Below are positions 5,151 through 6,193 of a DNA stretch of 6,193 nt, in pieces. Origin of the DNA: Leidyana gryllorum EB-2025a (taxonomy: Eukaryota > Protista > Apicomplexa); NCBI GenBank assembly GCA_048772705.1, contig JBLWGC010000135.1, positions 1 to 6,193 of the forward strand, in the 5' to 3' direction. The translations under genes and the position numbers were made by a program. Positions within the stretch are counted from its first letter, which is position 1; each line of letters opens with the position of its first letter. Under the pieces are notes generated by a model, which worked only from the letters and a program-made list of their open reading frames with translations, did not search any database and was not told where the DNA came from.

Positions 5151-5222
5151 CAGTTACAATATTTCAAAAGTCAGTAGAGAGACGCGTGTTGCATGTGTCC
5201 AGTCGTTCAAGCTACATACGGC

Positions 5223-5293
5223 TGCACCTGCCGGGACTCGAACCCGGGTTACGACCTTGGAAGGTTCGCATCTTACCCTTAGACCACAAGTGC
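5223..5293 (-). tRNA. trnG: tRNA-Gly(TCC), one anticodon-stem mismatch
   Basis: Reverse complement GCACTTGTGGTCTAAGGGTAAGATGCGAACCTTCCAAGGTCGTAACCCGGGTTCGAGTCCCGGCAGGTGCA. Confidence 0.88.
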
Positions 5294-5420
5294 AAATGCG
5301 AAAGAGTTGCAGCACCCCGAGACACTCGGGCGATTTCTGCGCGCCACCGTCCGCCATACACCCTCATTGGCATGTGGTCAGGGATGGATTTCCAACATCT
5401 TCAACCTTCAGGTCATCTTT

Positions 5421-5492
5421 AGGGCACGCGCGGAGTTGGACCACGGACTTGCTGATCTGCAGTCAGCTGCTCTACCACTGAGCTACGTACCC
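5421..5492 (-). tRNA. trnC: tRNA-Cys(GCA), T loop deviant (U55>C)
   Basis: Reverse complement GGGTACGTAGCTCAGTGGTAGAGCAGCTGACTGCAGATCAGCAAGTCCGTGGTCCAACTCCGCGCGTGCCCT; U73. Confidence 0.88.
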
Positions 5493-5588
5493 ACAAACTA
5501 CCCGTCATACTTGCTCAACTCGATTCTGTCTTCTCATTTGAAGCAAAACGGCCGTTATTGTGCACGAGCTTGAACAACAACGAGTCAT

Positions 5589-5659
5589 GCATCTGTGGTC
5601 TAGGGGTAGAATGTGTCGTTGCCACCGAGACGACCCAGGTACGATTCGCGGCAGACGCA
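5589..5659 (+). pseudogene. tRNA-Gly(GCC) pseudogene
   Basis: Colinear with 2629-2699; mismatches in acceptor, anticodon and T stems; T loop TACGATT. Confidence 0.88.
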
Positions 5660-5732
5660 GGAGGCACGCCTCAAACAGCCGTGGCAGATTGACAGAGACG
5701 CTGACAAGCTTCGGCACGAGGCCCGACCAGGG

Positions 5733-5773
5733 GGCTGTTTGCTGTAGCTATGATTTTTCCTCGCTTGGAAGAA
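5733..5773 (+). pseudogene. 5' remnant of tRNA-Pro
   Basis: CAGGGGGCTGTTTG...TATGAT..TTCCT...TGGAAG matches 4038-4084. Confidence 0.7.
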
Positions 5774-5780
5774 CATTGCA

Positions 5781-5853
5781 GGTCTTGTAGCTCAGTCGGC
5801 AAAGCGTGTAGCTGTTTACCACAAAGTCGCAGTCTCGAAGCCTAGCAGTGCCG
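5781..5853 (+). pseudogene. tRNA-Asn(GTT) pseudogene
   Basis: Colinear with 4303-4375; A37>T, D, anticodon and T stems damaged. Confidence 0.88.
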
Positions 5854-5909
5854 GGAGCTGCGATATGCGACGCTCTGTTGTCGCTACCGGCAGGTCGCCC
5901 TACCGAGTT

Positions 5910-5981
5910 TGGACGACCTGGGTATCGATCCCGTACCTCTCGCATGCAAAGCGAGCGCTCTACCATCTGAGCTAGCCGCCC
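5910..5981 (-). tRNA. trnA: tRNA-Ala(TGC), 1-nt deletion in T stem (possible pseudogene or sequencing error)
   Basis: Reverse complement GGGCGGCTAGCTCAGATGGTAGAGCGCTCGCTTTGCATGCGAGAGGTACGGGATCGATACCCAGGTCGTCCA. Confidence 0.85.
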
Positions 5982-6041
5982 ATCCGCTCTACATGGAAAA
6001 CCTTTTGCATCCAGTGGCTGACCGAGTGCCGATACAACGGC

Positions 6042-6121
6042 TCACAAGAGTGGGATTCGAACCCACGCCCTTTCGGACTGCGGCCTTAACACAGCGCCTT
6101 AGACCACTCGGCCATCTTGCC
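6042..6121 (-). tRNA. trnL: tRNA-Leu(AAG), G1:G72 mismatch
   Basis: Reverse complement GGCAAGATGGCCGAGTGGTCTAAGGCGCTGTGTTAAGGCCGCAGTCCGAAAGGGCGTGGGTTCGAATCCCACTCTTGTGA. Confidence 0.88.
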
Positions 6122-6193
6122 GAAGTGTTCTTGGCTCGCCACTTTACACGTTTTCTGTTGGTGAAGTCTCGAGAAGGGAGGACTTTTGGGGTT

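Larger units (their letters stand above)
5907..6193 (-). repeat. Inverted duplicate of the spacer-Leu-spacer-Ala module (about 3148-3432)
   Basis: AACAGAAAACGTGTAAAG.GGCGAGCCAAGA.CACT.CGGCA and GGTCAGC.ACT..ATGCAA..G.T.TTCCATGT shared in reverse complement. Confidence 0.88.

Noticed and set aside
175-5966. All 30 ORFs in the supplied track (60-122 aa)
   Set aside because: They are short, overlap tRNA genes on both strands, and their recurring peptides (PGIEPGS, MVERSLSMREV, GFEPA) are translations of tRNA sequence; no protein family is recognisable.
1-6193. Bacterial, phage or organellar tRNA array
   Set aside because: Many A34 anticodons, a eukaryotic initiator Met, Ala A54, no encoded CCA and mixed strands point to eukaryotic nuclear genes.
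1-6193. tRNA-derived SINE family or CRISPR array
   Set aside because: Units are complete tRNAs of many isotypes with no common tail, poly-A or target-site duplications. There is no constant repeat with unique spacers and no cas gene.

Overview
This window has no credible protein-coding gene. It is an extremely dense cluster of eukaryotic nuclear-type tRNA genes: about 22 intact or near-intact genes and about 21 pseudogenes or fragments on both strands, roughly one tRNA-derived unit per 145 bp. Fifteen amino acids are covered (Thr, Asp, Ser, iMet, Ile, Gly, Val, Leu, Ala, Pro, Asn, Arg, Cys, plus Glu and Lys only as damaged copies). Eukaryotic signs are A34 anticodons (AGT, AGA, AAT, AAC, AAG, AGC), an initiator Met with A1:U72 and a GATCGAAA T-loop, Ala with A54, and no encoded CCA. 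The array is a mosaic of reshuffled modules (Glu-Thr-Asn-Pro; Asp/Leu-Ala; flank-Ser-flank) in direct and inverted copies. It shows microhomology junctions, short slippage duplications, wobble-base switches between paralogous copies, very few oligo-T Pol III terminators and many small spacer hairpins. The organism cannot be fixed from the sequence; a protist is plausible but unverified. All structures and alignments were done by eye.
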